64,000 bases of DNA, taken from NCBI GenBank assembly GCA_963768865.1, contig CAVYJL010000002.1:258567-322566 (forward strand), written 5' to 3'. Positions 44,853 to 57,821 of the stretch are shown piece after piece. The number at the start of each line of letters is the position of its first letter. Position 1 is the stretch's first letter. Under the pieces are notes generated by a model that did no database searches, was not told where the DNA came from, and saw only the letters and a list, made by a program, of their open reading frames with translations. The translations under genes and the position numbers were made by a program. Origin of the DNA: an uncultured Coriobacteriia bacterium. Its GTDB lineage: Bacteria; Actinomycetota; Coriobacteriia; Anaerosomatales; CAVYJL01.

Positions 44853-44971
44853 CGCCTCTCGCGCTCAGGCGGGAAACGGCACGCCAAGTGCTAGAATCCG
44901 TGCGTACGCCCGGCGGCACAGAGATGCCCCGGGCGGCCGTACGTAACCGACCGCCGACAGGGGTCATCTTC

Positions 44972-47743
<2,772 letters not shown>

Positions 47744-47819
47744 GCCGGCGGCCGACCACAGAAGTGTGTCAGCGCCGTGCGGTACCCTGAACGGGTCAAG
47801 AACCGTACGGGGGAAGCGC

Positions 47820-48965
47820 ATGATCACGGACCGCACCACCGACGTAGCCGCCCTGCGCGCGCGCCTCGGCCGCATCGAAGAGTACCTGCACTTGGACGCC
47901 AAGCGAGCGGAGATCGCCGCGTTGGAGACCAAGGCCTCAGCACCTGACCTTTGGGACGATACCTCGGCGGCTCAAGCGCTCATGGGGCAGCTCTCGGGGC
48001 TCAAGGACGAGGTGGCGGGCTACGAATCCATCTCTGCGGGGGTAGACGACCTCGAGGTCGCCAACGAGCTCGCGGTGGCCGAGGACGACGAGTCCATGGC
48101 GGCGGAGGTGAAGGCCGGCCTGAAGAGCCTGGCCAAGAAGGTCGACGACCTCGAAGTCTCCACCTGGTTCACGGGCGAATTCGACCACGGCGACGCGATC
48201 GTGACCATCATGCCGGGCCAGGGCGGGCTCGAAGCCCAGGACTGGACCGAGATGCTCTTTCGCATGTACACGAAGTACGCGGAGCGCAAGAAGTGGAAGA
48301 TCGACGTCCACGACCTGCCGCCCGGCGAGGAGCTCGGCATCGATCGCGCGGTGTTCACGGTGCATGGCCGGGAAGCGTACGGGATGCTCAGCAGCGAAGT
48401 GGGCGTACATCGGCTCGTGCGCATCAGCCCCACCGACGAGAAGAAGCGTCGGCAGACCACGTTCGCCGGAGTCGAGATCCTCCCCGTGCTCCCCAGCGAC
48501 ATAGAGGTGGACCTCAAGGACGAGGACCTGCGCATCGACGTGTACCGCTCCAGCGGCCCCGGCGGCCAGTCGGTGAACACGACGGATTCCGCGGTCCGCA
48601 TCACGCACATCCCCACCGGCCTGGTCGTCACGTGTCAGAACGAGAAGAGCCAGCTCAAGAACAAGGACAGCGCGCTCAAGATCCTCAAAGCGCGCCTGTA
48701 CGAGATCGAGAAGGCCAAGCGCGATGCCGAGCTGGCCGAGCTGCGTGGCGAGAAGAAGGACATCACCTTCGGCAGCCAGATCCGCAACTACGTGCTGTAC
48801 CCGTACCAGATGGTCAAGGACCTGCGCTCCGGGGTGGAGACAGGCAACGTGGACGCAGTGCTGGACGGCGATATCGAGCAGTTCGTCCTCGGGTACCACC
48901 GTTGGCGGGTGGGCGAGGAGCAGGGGGCCACGACAGGCGCGGTCCAGGCTCCGCCCGCGGAGTAG
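47820..48965 (+). CDS. prfB: Peptide chain release factor 2, uninterrupted (no programmed +1 frameshift site), with SPT in place of the SPF tripeptide
   Basis: RF2-type flanks VHRLVRISPTDEKKRRQTTFAGVEILP. GGQ motif SGPGGQSVNTT. ATG 47820 after ggggga. The N-terminus reads RIEEYLHLDAKRAEI without an internal stop. Confidence 0.93.
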   Translation: MITDRTTDVAALRARLGRIEEYLHLDAKRAEIAALETKASAPDLWDDTSAAQALMGQLSGLKDEVAGYESISAGVDDLEVANELAVAEDDESMAAEVKAGLKSLAKKVDDLEVSTWFTGEFDHGDAIVTIMPGQGGLEAQDWTEMLFRMYTKYAERKKWKIDVHDLPPGEELGIDRAVFTVHGREAYGMLSSEVGVHRLVRISPTDEKKRRQTTFAGVEILPVLPSDIEVDLKDEDLRIDVYRSSGPGGQSVNTTDSAVRITHIPTGLVVTCQNEKSQLKNKDSALKILKARLYEIEKAKRDAELAELRGEKKDITFGSQIRNYVLYPYQMVKDLRSGVETGNVDAVLDGDIEQFVLGYHRWRVGEEQGATTGAVQAPPAE

Positions 48966-48985
48966 GTTCTCGGCCCGAGTCCGCG

Positions 48986-49975
48986 ATGTGCCCGCGCGGA
49001 CGCGGATTCCTTTTCCATCGACACCTGCCAGGAGCGCGCGCGAACGCACAGGGGGAGTGCAAGTCGATCCGTCCGAACCTCTCCAAGCTCGGCACCCGGG
49101 TCCTTCGGTGGCGCCCGGTTCGCACCTACGGGCTCATCACCATCGGCGTGATCATCACGGCGTTCGGGCTGGACGCGTTCCTCATCCCCAACAAGCTCGC
49201 CGCCGGCGGCGTCTCGGGCCTCGCCACGATCCTGCACTACGTGCTGCAGCCTTACGGCATCGCCTTGCCCGTGGGTACCGCGATGCTCGTGATGAACATC
49301 GCCTTGCTGGCCGCGGCCATGTGGCGCAGAGGCTGGCGCTACGCCGCCCGCTCCGTGTACGGGACCGTGGCGCTGTCGCTCGCTATCGACGGGATCGCGC
49401 TGCTGTGGCCGCAGCTCCACCTCGCGTCGGGCGATCCGCTGCTGGCGTCCCTCTACGGCGGTGTCATCGTGGGCCTGGGCCTGGGCCTCGTCTTCAAAGC
49501 GGGCGGCAACACCGGGGGCACCGACATCGTCGCCCAGTTGCTCGTGCGCCGCACCGGCCTCGGCGTGGGCCAGCTAATCCTCATCGCGGACGGTTTCGTC
49601 ACGCTGGCCGCGGCCGTCGCTTTCGGGCCCACGCTGGCCCTCTACGGCCTCGTCGCCGTGTTCATCCAGGGCTTTGTGATCGATGTCGTGCAAGAAGGCC
49701 TCTCCGTCGAGAAGGCCTGCTTCATCATGTCGGAGGAGTGGGTCCGCATCGGCGACGCCGTCATGAACGAGCTGGGCCGAGGGGCGACGCTGCTCCACGG
49801 TGTGGGCATGTGGACCGACTCCGAGCGTCCGGTGATCCTCACCGTGATCTCACGCCGCGAGATCGATGCTCTCAAGAGCATCGTCAAGACCCTCGACCCG
49901 ACCGCCTTCGTGATCGTCTCCGACGTGCGCGAGGTGCTGGGCGAGGGGTTCAAGGAGTTCGAGACGGGCGCGTGA
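48986..49975 (+). CDS. YitT-family membrane protein (DUF161 repeats plus C-terminal DUF2179 domain)
   Basis: TAFGLDAFLIPNKLAAGGVSGLATIL, GGNTGGTDIVAQLL, C-terminal GATLLHGVGMWTDSERPVILTVISRREIDALKSIVKTLDPTAFVIVSDVREVLGEGF. The start is uncertain (ATG 48986). Confidence 0.8.
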   Translation: MCPRGRGFLFHRHLPGARANAQGECKSIRPNLSKLGTRVLRWRPVRTYGLITIGVIITAFGLDAFLIPNKLAAGGVSGLATILHYVLQPYGIALPVGTAMLVMNIALLAAAMWRRGWRYAARSVYGTVALSLAIDGIALLWPQLHLASGDPLLASLYGGVIVGLGLGLVFKAGGNTGGTDIVAQLLVRRTGLGVGQLILIADGFVTLAAAVAFGPTLALYGLVAVFIQGFVIDVVQEGLSVEKACFIMSEEWVRIGDAVMNELGRGATLLHGVGMWTDSERPVILTVISRREIDALKSIVKTLDPTAFVIVSDVREVLGEGFKEFETGA

Positions 49976-50087
49976 ATTCGCTCGCCGCCACCCGGCGAGC
50001 CGTTCCTCGGAGCCCTTGGGGAGCAGGCCGTTTCGGCCGATGTTCACCTAGGTCCGTTGAACCGGCGTTGCCGTCGCGAAGCGGCGG

Positions 50088-51764
50088 GTGGATGGCATGG
50101 CATACGAGGTATCCGTCTATAGCGTGATGTACGCGATGGCCGCGGTCGTTACCGCGGTCGTGGCTTCGTTCGTCTGGCGCCGGCGCGACACCCCCGGTGC
50201 GATGTGGCTGTTCTTGATGATGATGGCCATGGTCTGGCGGACGACCTGCGATGCCATGGATGTCTCGGCCGTGGCGGTGAGCACAAAGGTCTTCTGGGGG
50301 CAGATGTCCTACGTGGGATCGATGGCCGTGCCGGTGTTCCTGCTGATGTTCACCTTCGCGTACACAGGCCGCCGCCGCTGGATCACCCCGCGAAACGTCG
50401 CGCTACTCTTCGTCGTGCCGGTGCTCAGCCTCGTCGCCGTGTCGTCCAACTCGGTGCACCACCTCGTCTGGAGCGGATTCTCAGCCGCCGCACTGGATCC
50501 CCGCATACTCATCTACCATCACGGGCCGCTCTTCTGGGTGATCATGGGCTACGTGCATGTCCTGGTCCTGACCGCGGCGATCATGCTCGTCGCGCGATCG
50601 CTGGAGACCGCGGACGCCTACGGTTACCAGGCCCTGGCGCTGATCGCGGCGATGTTCATCCCCTGGGTGGCCGAGCTCGTGTACGACTTCGTGCCGGACT
50701 TCTTGCCCGGCCTAGACGTGGTCGCGCTCGTGTTCCCCGTCAGTGCGGTGATCCTCGCCGTGAGCATCTGGCGAGGGGGATTGCTGGATCTTGTGCCTAT
50801 CGCCCGGCAAACGCTCGTCGAGACCATGGACGACGGGTTGCTCGTGATGGACCCCGGCGGCCGCATCGTGGACATCAACCCGGCGGCTGCCAGGACGTTC
50901 CACGCGGACCACCGGGTCATAGGGCGGATGGTGGACGAGGCTCTGGCCGCATGGCCCTCGGTCGCCACGTCTCTCAAGGGCGCGGCGGCGGACGGGGGCA
51001 ACGAGCGCATGGATCTGACCATCGTGGCCTCGGATGGTCGCCACCTCGCGCTGAAAAGCACCCCCATCATGGACGAGTCGGGCAGGCCCACGGGGACCCT
51101 CACGGTCATGCGCGACGTGACCGACCACGTCATGATCGAGGGGGCGCTGCATGAGGCCAATGAGGAACTGAGGGCCCGTCTCGAGGAGATCGAGCATCTC
51201 CACACCGCCCTGCGCCAGCAGGCATTGCACGACCCGCTGACGGGGCTCTACAACAGGCGCTACCTGGACGAGACGCTGGAGCGCGAGTTCGCGCGGGCGA
51301 CCCGGGACGGCCATCCCATCAGCGTGATCATGATGGACATCGATCACTTCAAAGAAGTGAACGACAACTATGGCCATGCCGCCGGCGACCTGGTCCTCGA
51401 GCTGATCGGGCGCGAGCTCAGGGAGCGCACGCGCAGCGGCGACGTCGCATGCCGGTACGGAGGCGAGGAGTTCGTGATCGTCCTGCCCGACACGTCTGTC
51501 GTGGCGGCCTACAAGCGTGCCGAGGAGCTGCGCGCGGCTCTCGAGCGGGCAGAGGCCACGTGGATGGAGGACCGCCTCGCGCCCACCTTCTCGCTGGGAG
51601 TCGCGGCCTTCCCCGTTCACGGTGCGAGCCCAGAGGCCGTGCTCGCGGCGGCCGACGCCGCCCTCTACCAGGCCAAGAGCGAAGGCCGCAACAGGAGCGC
51701 CGTCTTCAGGCCCCGGATCGCGGGAGTGAGCGCCCCCAAAGACCGCGCGGGCACCGGGACGTAG
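50088..51764 (+). CDS. Membrane diguanylate cyclase: N-terminal 7TM sensor domain, PAS, GGDEF (GGEEF active site)
   Basis: 558 aa. PAS-like LLVMDPGGRIVDINPAAARTF. DPLTGLYNRRYL, MMDIDHFKEVNDNYGHAAGD, RYGGEEFVIVL. Confidence 0.9.
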   Translation: MDGMAYEVSVYSVMYAMAAVVTAVVASFVWRRRDTPGAMWLFLMMMAMVWRTTCDAMDVSAVAVSTKVFWGQMSYVGSMAVPVFLLMFTFAYTGRRRWITPRNVALLFVVPVLSLVAVSSNSVHHLVWSGFSAAALDPRILIYHHGPLFWVIMGYVHVLVLTAAIMLVARSLETADAYGYQALALIAAMFIPWVAELVYDFVPDFLPGLDVVALVFPVSAVILAVSIWRGGLLDLVPIARQTLVETMDDGLLVMDPGGRIVDINPAAARTFHADHRVIGRMVDEALAAWPSVATSLKGAAADGGNERMDLTIVASDGRHLALKSTPIMDESGRPTGTLTVMRDVTDHVMIEGALHEANEELRARLEEIEHLHTALRQQALHDPLTGLYNRRYLDETLEREFARATRDGHPISVIMMDIDHFKEVNDNYGHAAGDLVLELIGRELRERTRSGDVACRYGGEEFVIVLPDTSVVAAYKRAEELRAALERAEATWMEDRLAPTFSLGVAAFPVHGASPEAVLAAADAALYQAKSEGRNRSAVFRPRIAGVSAPKDRAGTGT

Positions 51765-51922
51765 TCGCCGCCGAGCCCCACGCGCGAACGGGGAGCGGAA
51801 CGGTACCCGCGAGGGCTCCCTCGCCGGCCTCGGCATCGACACTACGCCGTTACCTTCGGCTCGTTGACCCGACCCTTCGGGGGGCGTACTATTAGCCCAC
51901 CTAATCATTAGGAGGGCTAGGG

Positions 51923-52385
51923 TTGACGACCCGCGACGCTAGGACGACCGCACGCCTCATGCTGGAGACGCTGCCGATGCTCATGCAGAGCTTCTCGGCG
52001 GAGTTGCGCGCCATGGACCACCCGGTCCCGATGCCGCACTTCCGCGTGCTCAAAGTGCTGCAGCACGGCACGCTCACCACGAGTGAGCTGGCCCATCGCT
52101 GCAAAGTGAGCCTGCCCACCATGTCCAACACGGTCACGGTGCTGGCGAACAACGGGTGGGTCGAGCGCACCGCCGATCCCAGTGATCGCCGGAAGGCGGA
52201 TCTCGAGATCGACCGACGCCGGCCGCGACCTGCTCAAGCGCATGGAGGGGCACCTCGTGGACCTCCTGGCTATCCGCTTCCAAGGACTCTCGCAAGCCGA
52301 GCTGGACACCCTGCATCGGGGTGTCGAGGTGCTACGCGGCCTAGCCGTGCCGGCTGAAGAGAGCGGCGAGGCGGGACCGGAATGA
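51923..52385 (+). CDS. MarR-family transcriptional regulator, one frame break near 52208
   Basis: HFRVLKVLQHGTLTTSELAHRCKVSLPTMSNTVTVLANNGWVERTADPSDRRKA, then TDAGRDLLKRMEGHLVDLLA in the +1 frame. TTG start after ggaggg. The stop overlaps the next start (ATGA). Confidence 0.85.
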
Positions 52386-53719
52386 AGCGTCGCACGACCC
52401 TTCTGGCCGTGCTCAGCCTGTTCGTCGCCGGCACGCTGGCGATATCGGGCTGTGCGTCGGCGGCAGCGAGCGGATCGTCCTCGGCCGGCGACATCACAGT
52501 CGCGGGCACGACGCGCGTGGATCTGGTAGAGGTGGCGGCCCCCGCGCCGTCCGTCTCTCCCATCGATGTGACCGTGGGGATCGCGAGTCTTCAAACGCCG
52601 CAGGCCATCGCCGCCCGGCGCCGCGCCGCCTCGGCCAAGACCCCGGCGCGCGGGCAGGCGCCTGCGGGGATGCTGACCGCTGTGAACGTGCGCCCGGGCG
52701 ACACCGTGAAGAAGGGCCAGATCCTGGCCCAGCTCGACGACCGCCTGCTGAGAGTGGCGCTGGACAACGCCGAGGCCGCGAGCCGTAGGGCAGTGGCCGG
52801 CGCGGACACGCTCAAGGCGAACGCCTCCACGCTGCGCGACCAGCGCGCGACCGTGCGCGATGCGCGCTCACAGCTGCTCACGCAGCAGTCCCTGCTCAAC
52901 AGCCAGAGTGGGCAGGTGTCGGCGAAGCTGGACCAGGTCAACGGCCAGATCGCCGCGGCCAACGGGCAGCTCGGCCAGGACAACGCCCGCCGGGCGTACC
53001 TTGTGGCCCAGCTCGCGGCGGCGCAGCGGCAGGCCGCCTCGCCCAAGCCGCCCGCTGATATCAAGGACACGATCGCGAGCCTCAACAGCCAGCTCGCCGA
53101 CGTGGGCAAGGACATCGGCAAGACCCAGGCGATGCTGGGGATGCTCAACGCGGCGCTGCCGCAGCTCGAGGCCGCGATGGCCAAGATGGGCCAGGGCGCG
53201 GCGCAGATGTCGGCCGCGAAGGCCAAGATCGCCACCGCGCTGTCCAAGATGAGTGACGGGATCGATCAGCTCGATCAAGCCTCGAGCACCGCCAAGATCG
53301 CTTCCGCGGCGCAGGCGGCGGCCATCGAGTCGGCCAAGGCCGCGCTCGACGCCGCCACGCTGCGCTCTCCTGCCGACGGCGTCGTTGTGAGCGCCCTGCC
53401 GGCGGGCCAGGTGGCGATGGTGGGCGCCCCGGTGGTCGTGATCCGCCCCAAGACCGACGTGCTGGTGGACGTGTACCTCGCGCCCGACCAGGCGACGCGC
53501 GTTCGCGCGGGCGATCCGGCCGAGGTCACGCTGGATTCGCTGCCCGCACCAGTCAAGGGCTCGGTCAATACCGTGTGGCCCGGCGTCCAGTTCCCGCCCA
53601 ACAACTACCCGACCCCGATCGTGCACCTGGCAGACGCGGTGCGCGTGACCGTGTCGGTCCCGCAGCAGAACCTGCCCCTCGGCGTGCCGGTCGACGTGGT
53701 CATACACCCCACGCGCTAG
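52382..53719 (+). CDS. HlyD-family membrane-fusion lipoprotein with long coiled coil
   Basis: Lipobox LAISGCAS. Lipoyl-like hairpin VNVRPGDTVKKGQILAQLDD. Long Ala/Gln-rich coiled coil. TLRSPADGVV. Confidence 0.8.
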   Translation: MKRRTTLLAVLSLFVAGTLAISGCASAAASGSSSAGDITVAGTTRVDLVEVAAPAPSVSPIDVTVGIASLQTPQAIAARRRAASAKTPARGQAPAGMLTAVNVRPGDTVKKGQILAQLDDRLLRVALDNAEAASRRAVAGADTLKANASTLRDQRATVRDARSQLLTQQSLLNSQSGQVSAKLDQVNGQIAAANGQLGQDNARRAYLVAQLAAAQRQAASPKPPADIKDTIASLNSQLADVGKDIGKTQAMLGMLNAALPQLEAAMAKMGQGAAQMSAAKAKIATALSKMSDGIDQLDQASSTAKIASAAQAAAIESAKAALDAATLRSPADGVVVSALPAGQVAMVGAPVVVIRPKTDVLVDVYLAPDQATRVRAGDPAEVTLDSLPAPVKGSVNTVWPGVQFPPNNYPTPIVHLADAVRVTVSVPQQNLPLGVPVDVVIHPTR

Positions 53720-53771
53720 CGCCACGAGTAGTGCCAGATCCGTCGCAGACGAGGACGAGGAGACGAAACCG

Positions 53772-54542
53772 ATGAAGAGGATCCTGATGATCTTGGTCGC
53801 CCTGGCGGCCGTCGCCGGCATCGCGTACGCCGTGTGGTTCTACACGGACGGCACGAGCTCGGCCGCCGACAACGCACTGGGCGGCACCGGCACCATCGAG
53901 GCCACCAACGTGACGGTGTCCGCGCAAACGAGCGGCCGTATCCTGTCCGCCAACGTCAAGGCGGGCGACGCGGTCAAGAAGGGCGCCGTGCTCTTCAAGC
54001 TCGACGACACGATGCTCGGCGTGCAGGAGGCCCAGGCGCAGGCGGGAGTCAACGCCGCGCAGGCGACCCTGCAGTACGCCAAGGACAACGACAAGTCCGA
54101 CGCCGAGGTCGCCCAGGATGCCGCACAGGTGGACCAGGCCGTGGACGCGCTCAAGATGGCGCAGATCCAGCGTGGATACGCGACGATCACCGCGCCCATC
54201 GACGGCGTCGCGCTCACCGTCGCCGCCAATGCCGGCGAGAATGCGAGCCCCGGCTCGGCGCTCGCCACCCTGGGTGACACGAAGCACCTGACGGTGTCCA
54301 TCTACGTGCCGGAGAACCGCATAGGCCAGATCAAGGTAGGCCAGAAGGGGACGCTCACCACCGACTCTTCGGACAAGACCTTCGCCTGCAAGGTCACGTC
54401 GGTCGCTTCCCAGGCCGAGTTCACGCCGTCGTCCATCGAGACCAAGGACCAGCGCGTCAAGCTCGTGTATCAGGTGCAGCTCGACGTGTCGGACCCGACC
54501 GGTACGCTCAAGCCCGGCATGCCGGCGGACGTGAAGCTGTAG
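53772..54542 (+). CDS. HlyD/YbhG-like membrane-fusion protein
   Basis: N-terminal TM. GTIEATNVTVSAQTSGRILSANVKAGDAVKKGAVLFKLDD, ATITAPIDGV, FTPSSIETKDQRVKLVYQVQLDV...LKPGMPADVKL. Confidence 0.85.
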   Translation: MKRILMILVALAAVAGIAYAVWFYTDGTSSAADNALGGTGTIEATNVTVSAQTSGRILSANVKAGDAVKKGAVLFKLDDTMLGVQEAQAQAGVNAAQATLQYAKDNDKSDAEVAQDAAQVDQAVDALKMAQIQRGYATITAPIDGVALTVAANAGENASPGSALATLGDTKHLTVSIYVPENRIGQIKVGQKGTLTTDSSDKTFACKVTSVASQAEFTPSSIETKDQRVKLVYQVQLDVSDPTGTLKPGMPADVKL

Positions 54543-54544
54543 GC

Positions 54545-55544
54545 ATGCCTGAGAACAACGGCAACAACGCGCTAGACGTGCGCGGGCTCACGCGCACCTT
54601 CCACGACGTCGTGGCGGTGGACGGCGTGGACCTGACGGTAGCCCGCGGCGAGCTCTTCGGCCTGCTGGGCCCTGACGGGGCAGGCAAGTCCACGCTCATC
54701 CGCATGCTCGCCACGGTCATCGAGCCCACGAGCGGAGACGCTTTCGTCCTGGGCGATTCCGTGGTGAGCAACCCCGACGCGTGCAAGCCCGGCAGCGGCT
54801 ACATGTCGCAGCGCTTCAGCCTCTACCCCGACCTGACCGTGGCCGAGAACCTGGACTTCTTCGCGGAACTGCGCGGCGTGCCTCGCGCCGAGAAAGCGCA
54901 GCGCGCCAAGGACCTGCTGCGGTTCGCCGGACTCGAAGGCTTCGAGGACCGGCAGGCCCAGTTCCTCTCGGGCGGCATGAAGCAGAAGCTCGCGCTCGCC
55001 GCGACGCTCATCCACGAGCCCGACATGATCTTCCTCGACGAGCCCACCACGGGAGTGGACCCGGTGTCGCGCCGGGAGTTCTGGCGGATCCTCGCAGGCC
55101 TGCACCGCCGCGGCATCACCATCCTCGTCGCCACGCCGTACATGGACGAGGCCGAGCGCTGCACGCACGTGGCCTTCATGGACGCGGGCAAGATCGTCCT
55201 GACCGATACCACCGAGGGCATCAAGGCGCGGGTCCCCGGCCGCCTCGTCGAAGCGGGTGTGGACGACTACCACCGCGCCATGCCGGTGGCGCGCGCGCTG
55301 CCCTTCGTCTCCTCCGTGGACCTCTACGGGGAGTCGCTGCAGATCATCGTGCCCACCGACGACGCGGGTGCCGAGGACCGCATCCGCATCGCTCTCACCG
55401 ACGCCGGGGTGGGCGTGCGATCACGTGCTCCCGGCGCCCATGAGCATGGAGGTCGCCTTCGCGCGCATCATGGCCGAGGCCGAGGGCCATGGCGCGGAAT
55501 CGATCGAGATCGCCGAGTCGGTCGGCGCGGGCGCCGAGGCCTGA
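54545..55544 (+). CDS. ABC-2-type transporter ATP-binding protein, one frame break near 55415
   Basis: Walker A GPDGAGKST, LSGGMKQKLALAATL, IFLDEPTTGVDP. The C-terminus continues in ORF 55257-55544 (HVLPAPMSMEVAFARIMAEAEG...). Confidence 0.88.
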
Positions 55545-55545
55545 T

Positions 55546-56673
55546 ATGCGCCGCATCCTCGCCATAGCTCGCAAAGAGTTCATCCACATCCGGCGCGATC
55601 CCCGCATCGTCGCCACCGTGCTCATCATGCCGCTGCTCCAGCTGCTGTTGTTCAGCTACGCCCTGTCCACCGACGTGACCAACATCCCGATGGCCGTGCT
55701 GGACCAGGACGGGACCGCCGCTTCACGGCAGCTCGTGAACGCGTTCCAGCAGTCCAACTTCTTCCAGGTCACGCAGAACCTCGCCTCGATGAACCAGGTG
55801 GACCCGGTGTTCAACCAGGGTCAGGACAAGGCCGTCCTCGTGATCAAGCCCGGCTTCGCCCAGGCTCTCGACGGAGGGCGCCAAGGACAGGTCGCGGTCC
55901 TGATCGACGGCTCCGACCCCAACGCGGCGCAGCGCGCCCAGGGCTACGCCACCGGCATCACGCAGGTGTACGGAGCCAAGGTGCTCACCAGCTACATGCA
56001 GGTCAGGGGCGTGAACCTGAGCTCGATGGGCGGAATCGATATCCACGGCATGACCTGGTACAACCCCGAGGGCAAGCAGAGCTACTTCTTGATCCCGGGC
56101 CTCATCGTGATCCTCATCATGGGCGTGTCCATCCAGCAAACGGCCATCGCGCTCGTGAAGGAGAAGGAACTCGGCACGATGGAGCAGCTGGTGGCGTCAC
56201 CGCTCAAACGGCTCGAGCTCATGATAGGCAAGGTCCTTCCGTGGGCGATCTTGGCGGTGGTGGACATCGTCGTGATCTCGCTGTTCGGCATCCTCGTCTT
56301 CCAGGTCCCGTTCCGGGGGAGCCTCGAGCTGTTCGCGCTGGCGAGCTTCCTGTTCGTGCTGGGCAATCTGGGGCTGGGCCTGCTCATCTCGAGCATCGCC
56401 TCGTCCATCAACACGGCCAATCAGATCTCCGCCCTGCTCTCGATGCTGCCCGGCTTCATGCTCTCGGGCTTCATCTTCTCGATCCGCAACATGCCGGGCT
56501 GGCTGCAGACGTTCACGTACGCGTTCCCGGCCCGGTACTACATGACGATCAACAGGACCCTGTTCCTCAAGGGGACCGGCATCGAGGTCCTGTGGCCGCA
56601 GATCGCGTTCCTCGCGGTCTATGCGGTCGTCGCGATAACCCTGTCCGCACTGCTGTTCAAGAAGCGGGTGTAG
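55546..56673 (+). CDS. ABC-2 family permease (YbhS/YbhR-like)
   Basis: MRRILAIARKEFIHIRRDPRIVATVLIMPLLQLLLFSYAL, large extracytoplasmic loop, five C-terminal TM segments. Confidence 0.88.
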   Translation: MRRILAIARKEFIHIRRDPRIVATVLIMPLLQLLLFSYALSTDVTNIPMAVLDQDGTAASRQLVNAFQQSNFFQVTQNLASMNQVDPVFNQGQDKAVLVIKPGFAQALDGGRQGQVAVLIDGSDPNAAQRAQGYATGITQVYGAKVLTSYMQVRGVNLSSMGGIDIHGMTWYNPEGKQSYFLIPGLIVILIMGVSIQQTAIALVKEKELGTMEQLVASPLKRLELMIGKVLPWAILAVVDIVVISLFGILVFQVPFRGSLELFALASFLFVLGNLGLGLLISSIASSINTANQISALLSMLPGFMLSGFIFSIRNMPGWLQTFTYAFPARYYMTINRTLFLKGTGIEVLWPQIAFLAVYAVVAITLSALLFKKRV

Positions 56674-56675
56674 CC

Positions 56676-57811
56676 ATGTTCTGGCGAAGGACCTGGCTGG
56701 TCATGTGGAAGGAGTTCATCGAGCTCTTCCGCGACCGCGCGCTGCTCCCCACCGTGTTCATAATGCCGGTCGTGCAGCTCGTGCTGTTCGGCTACGTCGT
56801 CTCTGCCGATGTCCGCAACCTGTCCACCGCGGTGGTGGACCAGGACCACACCGTCGCCTCGCAGAAGGTGAGCGACGCGCTGCTCAACAGCGGCTACTTC
56901 GTGCTCGCGGCCGGCCCACTGACGAGGCCGGCGCGCGCAAGATGATGGATTCCAACGACGCCCAGGTGGCGGTGATGATCCCGCAGGGGTTCGCCGCCGA
57001 CATCCAGCAGGGCAAGAAGGCCCCGGTCCAAGTGATCGTGGACGGCACCGAGTCCAACACGGGCCAGGTCGCGAGCGCCTACGCCTCCAACATCCTGCGA
57101 AACCTGAGCGCCAAGCTCACCAACGGCGCCGGCGGCAGCGCCTCCGGCGGCATGAACCAGGGGCCGGGAGTCGACGCGCAGGTGCGCGTCTGGTTCAACC
57201 CCACGATGCGGTCCGTGAACACGATGGTTCCCGGCCTCCTCGCGTTCATCCTGCTCATGTCCGTGACCACGCTCGTGGCGCAGTCGGTGGTCAAAGAACG
57301 AGAGCGCGGCACGCTGGAGCAGATCTTCGTGACTCCGGTCTCCAAGTCCCAGTACCTCACGGGCAAGATGCTGCCGTACACGCTGGTGGCCACGGTCGAG
57401 GTCACCGTCATCTTCGTCGTGGGCGTGCTGTGGTTCCGCGTGCCGTTCGTGGGCAACATGTTCTTCCTTGCGGCGGCGATGCTCCTGTTCATGCTCACGT
57501 CGGTGGGCCAGGGGCTGCTCGTCTCCACCATGGCGCACACGCGGATGCAGGCGCAGATGGTGGCCATGTTCATCTCGCTGCCGTCCATGATGCTGTCGGG
57601 CTTCATGTTCCCGGTGGACGATATGCCGGCCCTCATCAAGCCCATCACCTACCTGATCCCGCTGCGCTACTTCCTCGTCGTGATCCGGTCCATCTTCCTC
57701 AAGGGCGTGGGGCCCCTGGACGTGTGGCCCCAGCTGCTGGCGATGGCCGTGTTCTCGGTGGCGATCTTCGCGTTCGCTCTCGCACGTTTCCAGAAGAAGT
57801 TCGCGGACTAA
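56676..57811 (+). CDS. ABC-2 family permease (second copy), one frame break near 56915
   Basis: MFWRRTWLVMWKEFIELFRDRALLPTVFIMPVVQLVLFGYVV, then DEAGARKMMDSNDAQVAVMIPQGF... in ORF 56705-57811. Confidence 0.88.
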
Positions 57812-57821
57812 GGGGCTCCTC

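Noticed and set aside
47820-47920. Programmed +1 frameshift site of prfB (CUU UGA C type).
   Set aside because: The RF2 reading frame is continuous from ATG 47820 (…RIEEYLHLDAKRAEI…) with no internal stop, so the autoregulatory frameshift is absent.
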